Shown piece by piece: positions 28,567-38,868 of a stretch of DNA of 56,944 nucleotides. How positions within the stretch are numbered: the first letter of the stretch is position 1; each line of letters starts with the position of its first letter. Origin of the DNA: a virus (taxonomy: Duplodnaviria; Caudoviricetes); the IMG/VR virus record IMGVR_UViG_3300030376_003596, positions 1-56,944 of that record; one strand, written 5' to 3'. The position numbers and the translations under genes were made by a program. Under the pieces are notes generated by a model, which saw only the letters and a list, made by a program, of their open reading frames with translations, had not been told where the DNA came from and did no database searches.

Positions 28567-29316
28567 TTAGTCTTCTAAGTTTGATTCAAGCATCTTCAAC
28601 GCATCTATTCCCTCTTCAGATTGAAGGTAAGATGAAGCTACATAATATGGGTCTTCACCAAAAGGAACGGTTAACATTTTCTTTTTACTTGAAAGCGTAT
28701 TATAAAATATATCCTTTCTATTATTTCTAAACTTTAACAATCCTTTTTCAAAGAATGTATTTACTTGGGCATTAAGTGTTAGTTGAGGATCATTAAGAAC
28801 TTCCAGGAAATGCTGAGGTTCTCTTCTTGCATATACAAGTACATCTCTTTTTAACTCTGCTGTAGAAACAGTGTCTACATTAGTTCCAAATAAAACTTTA
28901 TTAACCATCTCAAGTTGAGATAAAGATAATTGTTTAGCGGCAATTAATGCGTCCACCTCTACTTCAAGTGAAGCGATATCTGCCTTTGCCTCTTTTTCTT
29001 CATTCACTTCCTCATATACTCGGTCTCTATGGGGATGTAAATATAAAAATTCTTGAAGAATAGGGTTTGTTGCTTTAACAGTCAAGAAACCATCTTCAAA
29101 AATTACAGGTTCAAGAACTACGTTTCCATCTTGCTCATCCTCAAAAGGACTCTTTTGATTAGATGCATAACGTAATGCTCGGTTTGAATTTGTTTTAGTA
29201 TCAAAGTAAAGTAACGATGATCTTCTAGTATGTCTTGTGGGTAAGATATAAGTTAATGGAGCTGCGTCCAATTTTAATCGATAAGTTTTATCGGTAAGCG
29301 TGTTTTGTTTTTTCAT
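28567..29316 (-). CDS. Hypothetical protein downstream of the major capsid gene
   Basis: Long ORF (LRYASNQKSPF..FEDGFL) in structural operon. Confidence 0.65.
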   Translation of the reverse strand: MKKQNTLTDKTYRLKLDAAPLTYILPTRHTRRSSLLYFDTKTNSNRALRYASNQKSPFEDEQDGNVVLEPVIFEDGFLTVKATNPILQEFLYLHPHRDRVYEEVNEEKEAKADIASLEVEVDALIAAKQLSLSQLEMVNKVLFGTNVDTVSTAELKRDVLVYARREPQHFLEVLNDPQLTLNAQVNTFFEKGLLKFRNNRKDIFYNTLSSKKKMLTVPFGEDPYYVASSYLQSEEGIDALKMLESNLED

Positions 29317-29335
29317 TTGATTTAATTTAAAATTT

Positions 29336-29365
29336 AAAAAAAAAGGGAGGGGATTAACCCTCCCT
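29336..29365 (-). terminator. Terminator after major capsid gene
   Basis: AGGGAGGG/CCCTCCCT stem plus T-run on - strand. Confidence 0.8.
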
Positions 29366-29379
29366 AATAATAATTATTC

Positions 29380-30819
29380 TTAGTCTTTGAATAAGAAGAA
29401 GTTGTTCGCTCCAAGCGTACAAACTGCTCTTTCAGATAAGAAGTTTACTTCCATTGCATCCAAGTCAGAAGTTCTTGCACCTCCGGCTGAACCTGTAATC
29501 CAAGTTTTGTATCGTCTGTCTTCTGTTTCAGAAGCTCTGTAACGTACGTGTAAGAAAGGACGTTTTGCATTCTTTCCAAGGATTTGGTCATATACAGATG
29601 TTGAACCTGCAGGAACTAAAAGTCCATTGATTCCTACACCTGCTCCTGTGATACCACCTCTCATTGTTGGGTCATTTAAGTATTTCCAATCTGTCTTGTA
29701 GAAGTCATATCCTCTTCGGAATCCTGAGAATCCTAAGTTAAGAGCCATCTCTTCGTCATTGTCAAATAGTCCGTAAGACGTACCACCTGCACCGTAAGAG
29801 TTTTGTGCTGCTAACATATCATCTACATCAAATCCAAACTGACGATTCAAGAAGATAACATTCTCTTCAATAGAACCTTGCTTGTCTAATCTTTGGATAA
29901 CTGTATCAAAGTCACCTAAGACTTGTGGATTACCACCACCCCAAACATTTCCACGAGTGTTTACTACATGGAAGATTCCTTCTGAACCGATGAAACCTAA
30001 CTGCTGTGCGTTAGACTGACCACCAACAGGAACTGTAGGTGCTGTTGCAGGAACTGCTTCAATCATTGCTGTCTCTAAGTAATCTTCAAAACGTAGTCTT
30101 GTTTCATGCTCAGACTTCAAATACCAAAGGTATCCTGTTCCACCATTCTCAGTTGAGATTTCAACCCATCCAATTTGAGCCATATCAGAACCTGATACTG
30201 AATAAGTATCTTTGATAATGATTGGATTGTTTTGGAAGAAGCTATCATCTGCCTCTACTGATCCTTGCATTCCATTAGTTCCTTTTTTAAATTCAGAACC
30301 ATAGATGAAGATAGTTGAATCAGAGCCACCTAAAACTGTACCTGCTACTGCTAAACCACCCGCCTCATAGATTGCTGCGTCAAATTGGTTTGCTCCTAAG
30401 TTTACAGAAGTAATGATTGCTTTGTTACTACCTCCTCCACCGTTAGATACAATCATAATAGTTTGTCCAACTCTTAGTGAAATACCATTAGCTGCAGTGA
30501 ACGCAGGAACACCTGTGTCATTTACCTGGAATGTAACTGCGGAGTCTCCTGCCGCACCTGCACTACCTACTTTGGTATACTTAGTGTGTAATCTTCCTTG
30601 CTCTGCCCACTTGATAAGGTCTGAGTTAGATGGCATCTCTGCTCCTACTAAACGTAAGAAAGATGCTACTGTTCTATTACCATATCTCTCAAATTCCTTC
30701 TCATAAGTATCAGGTAGATACTGATTCAAGAAATCAAAGTTGGTAATATAGTTTGTTTGTAAAGGGACTTGTTGCGATGATGGTTGCAAATCAAATCCCG
30801 GAGTTGCTAATACTGCCAT
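29380..30819 (-). CDS. Major capsid protein
   Basis: 479 aa, after portal and scaffold and followed by a strong terminator; QYLPDTYEKEFERYGNR..WAEQGRLH. Confidence 0.8.
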   Translation of the reverse strand: MAVLATPGFDLQPSSQQVPLQTNYITNFDFLNQYLPDTYEKEFERYGNRTVASFLRLVGAEMPSNSDLIKWAEQGRLHTKYTKVGSAGAAGDSAVTFQVNDTGVPAFTAANGISLRVGQTIMIVSNGGGGSNKAIITSVNLGANQFDAAIYEAGGLAVAGTVLGGSDSTIFIYGSEFKKGTNGMQGSVEADDSFFQNNPIIIKDTYSVSGSDMAQIGWVEISTENGGTGYLWYLKSEHETRLRFEDYLETAMIEAVPATAPTVPVGGQSNAQQLGFIGSEGIFHVVNTRGNVWGGGNPQVLGDFDTVIQRLDKQGSIEENVIFLNRQFGFDVDDMLAAQNSYGAGGTSYGLFDNDEEMALNLGFSGFRRGYDFYKTDWKYLNDPTMRGGITGAGVGINGLLVPAGSTSVYDQILGKNAKRPFLHVRYRASETEDRRYKTWITGSAGGARTSDLDAMEVNFLSERAVCTLGANNFFLFKD

Positions 30820-30836
30820 TTTTTAATTTTTAAAAT

Positions 30837-31940
30837 TTATTTTCGTTTAATACTTCTAATTTTAAGTCCTCTTCCCGAATCGGGATTAACGGACCTAATT
30901 TTCATTCCCCCTTTGGTTACAACTTCAGGTGCTCTGCGTGTGTTAACTGTTACGTTTTTTTGTTTACGCAATACATCTTCAACTGCTTCCGATTTACCTT
31001 GCTCATAAAAGAACTTAGCAAACCTGTCCGGGTTCATTGCTATTGATAAAGCTCTATGGTATCCTTGAGGATCTGAAAGTAAGCCTTTATCATCTAGATA
31101 TTTGCCATAAAAATTAGCTATATCATTCTGAGCTTTCTTTAACTCCTCTGCGTCTCCAGGAGAATAAGTAACTTTCCGGTCATCTAACTTAAACTCAAAA
31201 CCTTTGAACTCATTGTTAAATACTTCGTTGGTCTTTTTTAAAAACCAATCACTCTTTCTTCTGTTTTCTTCTTGATACGATTTCGCTTCCTCAAGATATT
31301 GCTTATATGCCTCCTGTTCTTTTCTAGCTTCATCAGACATCCCAACCGTACTTGACTCAAGGGGTTGTTTATACATATCCTTCTGCTCATTAAAAAACTT
31401 TTTAGCTTTAGCAAGTTCTTTTTTCTTTGCTAGTTTTAATTTCTTTATCTCCTTTTCTTCATCAAGGTCTTCATCAAAATCAAAATCATCTACCATATCT
31501 AGGGCATCTGATTTATCAATACCCTCTTCGGTAGATAAATAATATTCTGCTAACAATTGGTCTTCTTCCATGGAATCAAAGTCACGTTGTAACTTCATGT
31601 AATCTTCCATGCCTCGACCTGTTTCTTTTTTATACTTAAAGTAGGCAGACACATCTTCAGGTAATTCTTCGGATGCTTCTCGCTCTGCCATCAACTCATC
31701 AAATGAATTGATTTCCTTTCCGTATCTTTTTCCAATATATGAAAGAACGTCTTCATCCGTTAAGGATGATTCTTCTGTAACCTCCTCTTTCGATTCAGTT
31801 GTTTCAGTTCCTTCTACTACAGTAACTTCTTCTGCTGTGGTATCTTCAAACTGTTCCTCGTGTTTTTCAAGTAATTCTTTTTCTACTTCTTGAACACTTT
31901 TGTTATCTGAGCCTTCAATAGCTCTTACTTTAATTTCCAT
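30837..31940 (-). CDS. Scaffold protein
   Basis: Highly acidic, helical; lies between portal and major capsid gene. Confidence 0.65.
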   Translation of the reverse strand: MEIKVRAIEGSDNKSVQEVEKELLEKHEEQFEDTTAEEVTVVEGTETTESKEEVTEESSLTDEDVLSYIGKRYGKEINSFDELMAEREASEELPEDVSAYFKYKKETGRGMEDYMKLQRDFDSMEEDQLLAEYYLSTEEGIDKSDALDMVDDFDFDEDLDEEKEIKKLKLAKKKELAKAKKFFNEQKDMYKQPLESSTVGMSDEARKEQEAYKQYLEEAKSYQEENRRKSDWFLKKTNEVFNNEFKGFEFKLDDRKVTYSPGDAEELKKAQNDIANFYGKYLDDKGLLSDPQGYHRALSIAMNPDRFAKFFYEQGKSEAVEDVLRKQKNVTVNTRRAPEVVTKGGMKIRSVNPDSGRGLKIRSIKRK

Positions 31941-31989
31941 TTGATTTGATTTTTTACAAAGTTACACAAAAATTTTACAATATTTTAAG

Positions 31990-34425
31990 CTACCTTGGAG
32001 AAAACTCTGCAAGGTCAAAGCCATCCAAACTATCTTCATTAGATTCAAAAGTTTGAGGTGGTAGATTATTTTTACGTTGATTAATCAATTTTGACTGCTC
32101 ACTATTCTGTTGACTGATTCTTTTTGACTTAGCATCTTCTCTTTGAGTCTCTCTATCTTGTAAAGCTGTTTCACTTTGTCCACGCAATTGTTGGTTATAA
32201 GCAAACTCTTCTGCCATCAACTTACTTTTCATTTCTGCTTCTGCCTGCATCTTTTGAATTTCATATTGAATCTCTGCTTCTTTTAATTGCATCTTAGACT
32301 CAAACTCCATTTGTGTTTTTTGCATAGATGCTTGAGCAGCCATCTGTTGTGATTGCATTTGCTGTTGAGCCTGCATTTGCTGTTGCATCATAGCCATCTT
32401 ATCATCGTGATCTTGCTTCTGTTGACGTTTCATTTTTAATAATTGAGTAGCAAGTTTAATATTTCTTACCTCTCTAATGTCAATAGCATCTTCAAGATTA
32501 ATATCACCTTTAGATAAAGCCATTTGAATATTTTGCTCAAGCATTGCCTTCTGTTCTTCATCAGGACTTACTTCAATAAAAATTCCAAAATCATATATAT
32601 ATAACTCTCTTATCTCATTCAATAAGGATACATTATACTTTCCTATTTGATTAGTAAACTCTTCTGCAAAATCTGTATACTCTAATAAGTCAGATACTCT
32701 ATAAGTAAGACCTTCTGCTAAAGTTCTATAAATATATAAACTACCATTAAGAATATGTCTTGTTGCAGTATTACTATTTAAAGCTGCAAGTTTTTGAACA
32801 CCAACTAAAGAGTTAGGATCAGGTGTTGATCCATCTCTTGCTTCATTAAGTCCTGTAACATCTCTAATCATATTTAAATAATAATTATAGTTGTTAACTA
32901 ACATACTTAATTTACTTGCCCCTGAATTAGTGTTTAACTCCTGGATAGGCATTCTTGCTTGGTTGTATTCTCCATCTTGAGTATAACTTCTACCAATTAC
33001 ACTACCTGTTTGAAAGTATAATCTTAATGCATCTTCAGGGTTGTAAGCATTACCCGTACCTAAATCTACTTCATTCAATCCATCAGCATCTATGAACACA
33101 CCATCAGGAACTACTCTTGATAATACTTGTTGCAGTTTTAAATGAGTCATTTGAATTAAATCGGCAAATGGAATCATTCTTCTTACAAGAGACTCAATAA
33201 CTCCTTTATACATTCTTGGTGCTACAGCTACATAACTTGGAAGAGCGTGTTGACTTGCGGACTTTGGTCTAACCATATTCTTAGCAAGTTCCCACTTTAA
33301 TATAATGTTAGTTCCCATAACCATGACACCTTCATACCACACATCAATAGTCTTCTCTATCTTTTCAAATTTTCCTTCTTCCATCATTTCTTCAGGTGGA
33401 TTAAATGAGTCATCCTTTTCGATTACTCTACTACCTCCACCCTCTAACAATTTCTTTTTGTAAACAGTCTTTTGTGTGGTCTTATAGTTAAAATATAATA
33501 AAGTACAAGTGTCTTTATAAAATAAACTATTCTCATAGAACTGAGCTACGTTATAATAGTTGTACCAATTTTGACTGTACTGACTAATCTTTTCTAAATC
33601 TTCTCTAGTTAATGTAGGGTCTATCTTCATCAACTCTGTAATACCAAGGGTTTTAATTTCACCCCAATAGAAACAATCCTTAAAGTGTGGGTCTTCAGTA
33701 TAACTATAAACTACATTAGCAGGATCAACATAAGAAACTTTTATTCCTGCTCCAGGAAGAAACTCATGCTTTGCCATTCCAATTCCAAGAACCATTAAAT
33801 CATAGTCACATCTTTTTCTTGTATCTTGATAATGATTGGAATCTAATATAGTATTGATAGCTTCTTCCTCTGCTATTTCAATAGCAGGTTTATAATTTAG
33901 TTGCATATATAAAGACAACTCTTCGTCTGTATTAGGAAGTTCTTCTTCAGGCATTACAAAAGCATTAACCCCTGTTTGTTCTTGAACTTTTTTAATTAAG
34001 TCTTTACCTACCATCTGCGTTTCAATCATGTCTTGATACTTGCTTCTCTTTGCTTGAGACATAGCATCTTGAGCGTAGGCATTTACTTTAAATAATCTGT
34101 CAGACATTCCATTAACTACAATGTCTACAAACTTTGGAATAATAGGAACGGGTGTCCAATCTAAATTAAGATAAGATAAATCACCATCGATAGCTAACTC
34201 ATTTTTATATTTAGCTATAGACTGTTCTCCTCGTGCATATAATCGCAGTCTATTAAAGTTAGCAAACTGATTATAAAACCTACATTGGTTTCCATCTTTT
34301 CTAAACCACTCGTATTGAATAGCTTGTCCAATTTGTAATCCATATTCGTCTGTTGCTTTTTCAGCATCCGATACAAATTGATTTGGAAAACCAACATCGG
34401 AGATATTTATCTTTACTTCTTTCAT
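31990..34425 (-). CDS. Portal protein
   Basis: 811 aa after terminase; PIIPKFVDIVVNG; Gln/Met-rich C-terminal coiled-coil barrel. Confidence 0.8.
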   Translation of the reverse strand: MKEVKINISDVGFPNQFVSDAEKATDEYGLQIGQAIQYEWFRKDGNQCRFYNQFANFNRLRLYARGEQSIAKYKNELAIDGDLSYLNLDWTPVPIIPKFVDIVVNGMSDRLFKVNAYAQDAMSQAKRSKYQDMIETQMVGKDLIKKVQEQTGVNAFVMPEEELPNTDEELSLYMQLNYKPAIEIAEEEAINTILDSNHYQDTRKRCDYDLMVLGIGMAKHEFLPGAGIKVSYVDPANVVYSYTEDPHFKDCFYWGEIKTLGITELMKIDPTLTREDLEKISQYSQNWYNYYNVAQFYENSLFYKDTCTLLYFNYKTTQKTVYKKKLLEGGGSRVIEKDDSFNPPEEMMEEGKFEKIEKTIDVWYEGVMVMGTNIILKWELAKNMVRPKSASQHALPSYVAVAPRMYKGVIESLVRRMIPFADLIQMTHLKLQQVLSRVVPDGVFIDADGLNEVDLGTGNAYNPEDALRLYFQTGSVIGRSYTQDGEYNQARMPIQELNTNSGASKLSMLVNNYNYYLNMIRDVTGLNEARDGSTPDPNSLVGVQKLAALNSNTATRHILNGSLYIYRTLAEGLTYRVSDLLEYTDFAEEFTNQIGKYNVSLLNEIRELYIYDFGIFIEVSPDEEQKAMLEQNIQMALSKGDINLEDAIDIREVRNIKLATQLLKMKRQQKQDHDDKMAMMQQQMQAQQQMQSQQMAAQASMQKTQMEFESKMQLKEAEIQYEIQKMQAEAEMKSKLMAEEFAYNQQLRGQSETALQDRETQREDAKSKRISQQNSEQSKLINQRKNNLPPQTFESNEDSLDGFDLAEFSPR

Positions 34426-36656
34426 TACTTAATTAATTCACTGTAAATTCCTTTGTTTCTATACCTTGCAAAGTTAATGCTTATTTTTGACTCTTTTTTC
34501 TCAGGTTGATATAAGTGCTTCTGTATAGCCATAATAGCTAACCCTGAACTTATTGTTGCGTCATATCGAGTTCTATTATTAATATCAAACTTTGCCCAAT
34601 CTTCTAATGTTCTTGTAAATAACATTGAACCCATATCATCATTATCTCTATACGTTCCTTCTATATCTATCCCTACATACTTTTCAATATATGATTCTAC
34701 TGCGGATGCGTGGGACTGTTTTACGTCCTCAGAACTATTAGGTATACCACCTAATTCCTTTTCTGTCTTAGATAACTTGTTATATATTTTATCAGGTCTA
34801 TTCATAGAGAATCCTCTGTACCCTCTATTCTTAAAATGATATAATATCCTTGGCTTGTTGTTCTCTGCAAGTATTGGCATTCCATAAAAAACACAAGCCA
34901 TTAGCACCTCTTCAAAGAATATCTCAGCCGTTTGAGGTCTTGCTACATACTGCAAGAAAAACTCATTACTTGGTGCATTGTCCATATTGAATTTAGTTAC
35001 ACCATGTAATGCACCATTAGAACCACCACCACCTACAACTCCTGATATATCATAGGAGTCACAACCAAAAGCACCTAAGTGTTCATTACCTGGATACTTC
35101 ACTCCATTCTTTATTATAACTCTATTTTGTAATCCTTTCTCCGGTGTCCAACTAACTAAGAATCGTCCTCGTGTATCAGGACTAAATACAACCTTAGTAT
35201 CTTTCTCTCCATTCAACCACCTAAATGATCCTCGTGTTACATGATGATCCATCATCAATGAGTCGTTATAATCAATCTGTTGGTATATCTTGGTTAGATT
35301 AAACAATGAGGCTTTACTCTCATCTCTAAATGCGTGTGACTCTGTTCGGGGAAACTGTCTGTAAAATTCATTCAATGCATCCGGATCACCCTTTAAAGAA
35401 TGAACTTCATTCTCCCAATAGTCAATAGCACCTAAATCTATCATCTCATCATCTACCCCTCTCACTTCTTTACTTGGTGTTCTAAACACAGGGTATCCAT
35501 ATCTATCTATAAATCCTTCCATGTTCCACTCCATAGGAATAAATAAAGAATACATACCACTCTTTGTCATTCCATTGGAATTTCTTTTTCTTACATCAGA
35601 ACTCTCATATAACTTCTTAAAGTTGCTTCCTCCTTTGTTTAATGCGTTAGAGGTTGAACCCATCATGCACTTACCAATTATCTTGCTACCCAAACGCAAA
35701 CACGTTTTAGTTACCCTCCAATTGTTTAGTATGTCATTTGGCTTTAACCACTTACCACTCTCATCGTGTACAAGTAGTAATAACTTCTCACCATCATAAG
35801 AGTTGTCATCTGTATTTTTCCAATCAATAGTCGTATCCAATCCCTCCATCTCATCTTCTCCTATCTCATGCATATTCTTTTTGGTAATCTTAGATGCAGG
35901 CACACGATAAGCTAACTCAGTCTTTGGTCTGTCCATACCATCTTGAATAGGTTTGAAAAAGAATGGTAAGTGCTGAGATATAGGAACTACCTTATCAGTA
36001 AACATCTTCTTTGCATCTGAACCTGTCTTAGATAATATACCCACCCGTGAATCTCTTGCAATGGTTGCAGTGTTAACCGCTTCTGCTGATCCCATAAAAG
36101 AAAATCCGGAACGTCTTATCTTTAAATACACCATACCAAAACATCTTTTATCAGCTTTACACGCTTCCCAATATATAAAGAATATACGATTAGCTTCTCT
36201 ATAGTCCGGATAACCTACATCAATCTTAGTCCACTGTAAATACATATAGTGTGCTCCTGTAATATAGGTAGGAATGTTGTTGTTTAAAAACCAATAGCCT
36301 TCTTCTCTATTATCAAACTCTTCTTCAATGTAGTCTACCCACTTATCTTTAAACTCTCGTGGCATTTCATTCCATTGGAAGATACTATTAATTCTTTCTA
36401 AATGTTTTGGGTATTCTTTTCGTGTCCAATAGTTTGCACCTTTTTTTATTTCTTTAGGAGCTTTGGGTAATCCAATATATAAACCACTAATACAAACTAC
36501 TTCTCCTATCACACCATCTTTAGAAATTACCACTAAGTCATACTCCTTATTGTATCCATAGTCCCAGGACTTAGTTCTATTCTTACGAGATAAAACTTTA
36601 GGAGTAATATAATCTTTTATTACTTTATATAAACTATTTTGACCTTCGTTCTGCAA
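34425..36656 (-). CDS. terL: Terminase large subunit
   Basis: Walker A LKIRRSGFS, Walker B LVHDESGK, motif III GSTS, nuclease GCDSYD and C-terminal YDATISSGLA. Confidence 0.85.
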   Translation of the reverse strand: MQNEGQNSLYKVIKDYITPKVLSRKNRTKSWDYGYNKEYDLVVISKDGVIGEVVCISGLYIGLPKAPKEIKKGANYWTRKEYPKHLERINSIFQWNEMPREFKDKWVDYIEEEFDNREEGYWFLNNNIPTYITGAHYMYLQWTKIDVGYPDYREANRIFFIYWEACKADKRCFGMVYLKIRRSGFSFMGSAEAVNTATIARDSRVGILSKTGSDAKKMFTDKVVPISQHLPFFFKPIQDGMDRPKTELAYRVPASKITKKNMHEIGEDEMEGLDTTIDWKNTDDNSYDGEKLLLLVHDESGKWLKPNDILNNWRVTKTCLRLGSKIIGKCMMGSTSNALNKGGSNFKKLYESSDVRKRNSNGMTKSGMYSLFIPMEWNMEGFIDRYGYPVFRTPSKEVRGVDDEMIDLGAIDYWENEVHSLKGDPDALNEFYRQFPRTESHAFRDESKASLFNLTKIYQQIDYNDSLMMDHHVTRGSFRWLNGEKDTKVVFSPDTRGRFLVSWTPEKGLQNRVIIKNGVKYPGNEHLGAFGCDSYDISGVVGGGGSNGALHGVTKFNMDNAPSNEFFLQYVARPQTAEIFFEEVLMACVFYGMPILAENNKPRILYHFKNRGYRGFSMNRPDKIYNKLSKTEKELGGIPNSSEDVKQSHASAVESYIEKYVGIDIEGTYRDNDDMGSMLFTRTLEDWAKFDINNRTRYDATISSGLAIMAIQKHLYQPEKKESKISINFARYRNKGIYSELIK

Positions 36657-36915
36657 ATCCTTGTTTTGTGTCTGTTCGTGTTGTTCCTTTACTCTCGTAA
36701 TCTAATCTTTCTTTCTCTTCATCTATACGTTTTAAAATATCAAACGCATCTATGATGGCTAACTTCTTTGTAGCTGCAGCATTCTTTAATCTATCTGCCG
36801 CAAGTTCATCTTCAGGATCAGGCTTTATTATTTCCTCTTGAGCAACCTTTATTAATTCTTTAACTGCTTTTTTTCCTGCCTCTATTATTTTTAGTTTGAG
36901 TTGATTTGATTCCAT
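36634..36915 (-). CDS. Putative terminase small subunit
   Basis: Small helical protein overlapping the terL start; position-based call only. Confidence 0.4.
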   Translation of the reverse strand: MESNQLKLKIIEAGKKAVKELIKVAQEEIIKPDPEDELAADRLKNAAATKKLAIIDAFDILKRIDEEKERLDYESKGTTRTDTKQGFAERRSK

Positions 36916-37183
36916 TTGTTTCACTTAATATTTTTTCAACTTGTTTAATAAAGAAGTCTCTTTCTTCAAGACGTATCATTGCAATCTCCTTTATAAAGTT
37001 TTCTCTTTCCCTATGACACTGACTAAGGAAATGTTCCCTTTCTTTATGCCATACTTCTCTTTCTCTTGTAGACCTTTCAGATATCTCTTCAATCTTTCTG
37101 AGTAACCAACGCTCACGAGTAATGGCATACAGAACCCATATGCCTAATACTCCATACTGTGTTAATATCTCAAACGTATCCAT
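36860..37183 (-). CDS. Holin-like membrane protein
   Basis: N-terminal TM (QYGVLGIWVLYAI) followed by charged coiled coil. Confidence 0.5.
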   Translation of the reverse strand: MDTFEILTQYGVLGIWVLYAITRERWLLRKIEEISERSTREREVWHKEREHFLSQCHRERENFIKEIAMIRLEERDFFIKQVEKILSETNGIKSTQTKNNRGRKKSS

Positions 37184-37746
37184 TACATTACAAATGTTAT
37201 ATTGTTAGTAAACATTCTATACAATATTTCATCATCCACTCTGAACTCATATTCGCTTTCAGGTTGGAATGAAACCTCATCTCCTTCTTGTACACCATAT
37301 ACCTCAAGTTCTTTGTTAATATACTTAACAATTCCTTTCAATGGTTCATACTTAACACCTTTCTTAATAAAAGTGTCTTGGGCATCTAATGGTTTAATAA
37401 AACAATTTTTACCAAACGCATTCCACTTCCCATTTTTTTTATACATAAAGAACTGATCGTATTCAATAAAGAACAAATCATCTTTAAAAAAACTTCTACC
37501 ACTCTGTCTTCTGCCTTTCATGTCGTTATAAAACTTAAAGACATTGTGATGAACAAGTAAAATATCTCCTGGCTCTATCTCTCCTTTATAATTTAAAGGT
37601 ACAGATATAACCTCTGCCTCTCTATTAGAGAACTTAAAATCTTCTTCAGAAGTGCTAGTAATAAACTCTAACCCTCCTATCTCTTTGGTATTATTATACC
37701 TTCTTCCCTTCACAGGTTTAACTATGAATCTATCAGGTGATTGCAT
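37183..37746 (-). CDS. Tandem two-domain GroES-like protein
   Basis: Two units with GroES-like pattern: RFIVKP..AEVISVP..IEPGDILLVH and CFIKP..GIVKY..VQEGDEVSF..EFRVDDEILYRM. Confidence 0.55.
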   Translation of the reverse strand: MQSPDRFIVKPVKGRRYNNTKEIGGLEFITSTSEEDFKFSNREAEVISVPLNYKGEIEPGDILLVHHNVFKFYNDMKGRRQSGRSFFKDDLFFIEYDQFFMYKKNGKWNAFGKNCFIKPLDAQDTFIKKGVKYEPLKGIVKYINKELEVYGVQEGDEVSFQPESEYEFRVDDEILYRMFTNNITFVM

Positions 37747-37752
37747 TTAATT

Positions 37753-38436
37753 TTATTTAATTAATAAAGCTGTAGTCGTAGCACCACTAATTAGCCCTAC
37801 TCCAAACCAAAATAACTTTCGGTCATAAAATTTCTTATGGTCTTTTATAACTACATTCGATAATCCTAATGTGCTTACATATGGATTGTCATAGTCTACC
37901 ATTACTACAGGCTTAGGTTTTTTAAAAAGTCCCTGCGACTGTAGACCAATATTTACATTCATTGTATTAAACAACTTCATGCTATCTACTACCACCCCAT
38001 CTTCTTCTACTCTTCCTCCAATAGAATAGTATTCGTCAAGAAGACTAAACTTTTTAGGAACAGTAATAGAACTTAGATGTGTAGTGGTGTCCATATACAC
38101 TGTATCGTATTTCATTACAATACTGTCTTTTATATATGGAACAAAAATACTATCAAGCCTTGTTACTGTTTTTACCTTAACATGGCTTTCTAACTTCTTT
38201 AAACGAAGAAAGGCTGCCAACCCTTGGTCGATAGCCTGTTCTTGGGTAAGGATTAATTGCTTTTGTTGAGCTATTAACTTGCCGTTCTCGGTTTTAATTA
38301 TCTCGAACTTCTGTCCTTCAGTAGTTAATTGTTTAACTTGACTTTCAAAATGTTTAAGTTTCTTATAATTACTCCAGGCAGAACAACCACTAATACAAAG
38401 TAATAAAGCTAATAAAGCTATTACAATGTTTCGCAT
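37753..38436 (-). CDS. Putative spanin-like lipoprotein
   Basis: Signal MRNIVIALLALLLCISG-C with lipobox-like Cys, coiled coil and C-terminal hydrophobic helix. Confidence 0.5.
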   Translation of the reverse strand: MRNIVIALLALLLCISGCSAWSNYKKLKHFESQVKQLTTEGQKFEIIKTENGKLIAQQKQLILTQEQAIDQGLAAFLRLKKLESHVKVKTVTRLDSIFVPYIKDSIVMKYDTVYMDTTTHLSSITVPKKFSLLDEYYSIGGRVEEDGVVVDSMKLFNTMNVNIGLQSQGLFKKPKPVVMVDYDNPYVSTLGLSNVVIKDHKKFYDRKLFWFGVGLISGATTTALLIK

Positions 38437-38452
38437 TGTTAATATATCATCC

Positions 38453-38641
38453 TTATCCTTTGTCATCTTTAGGTAACGCAATTAAGGAATCCTTAGATCG
38501 TAAGAATAATAAAGATACGGCTAACCATCCACTCATGTCAGTGCTATCAGCTTTACCTGTATAAATCATTACTAGGCAAAAAGCCATAATTAAAAGCCCT
38601 ACTATTGTAGTGACATAGTTTGATACTAATCTGTTTTTCAT
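38453..38641 (-). CDS. Putative holin
   Basis: 62 aa, two hydrophobic helices and a charged C-terminus. Confidence 0.5.
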   Translation of the reverse strand: MKNRLVSNYVTTIVGLLIMAFCLVMIYTGKADSTDMSGWLAVSLLFLRSKDSLIALPKDDKG

Positions 38642-38643
38642 AA

Positions 38644-38868
38644 TTAAAAGTTTATGTTATACTCTATTGAAATAGGAATAGGAGAAGTAAACTCTTTCCA
38701 TAAAACTACTTCATTGGATTTTATAATCCAAATCTTAAATGATTTTTTTATCTCATCAAATTTTATAAGATGTATTTTGTAACTTCCGTTGAGAACGTCT
38801 TGCCCTACCAAGTAGTGCATCGCTCCGGACTTGTAGTCAGGTCCAATGGAAATTTTTCTAATATCCAT
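38644..38868 (-). CDS. Hypothetical protein
   Basis: IRKISIGPDYKSGAMHY; packed in operon. Confidence 0.65.
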   Translation of the reverse strand: MDIRKISIGPDYKSGAMHYLVGQDVLNGSYKIHLIKFDEIKKSFKIWIIKSNEVVLWKEFTSPIPISIEYNINF

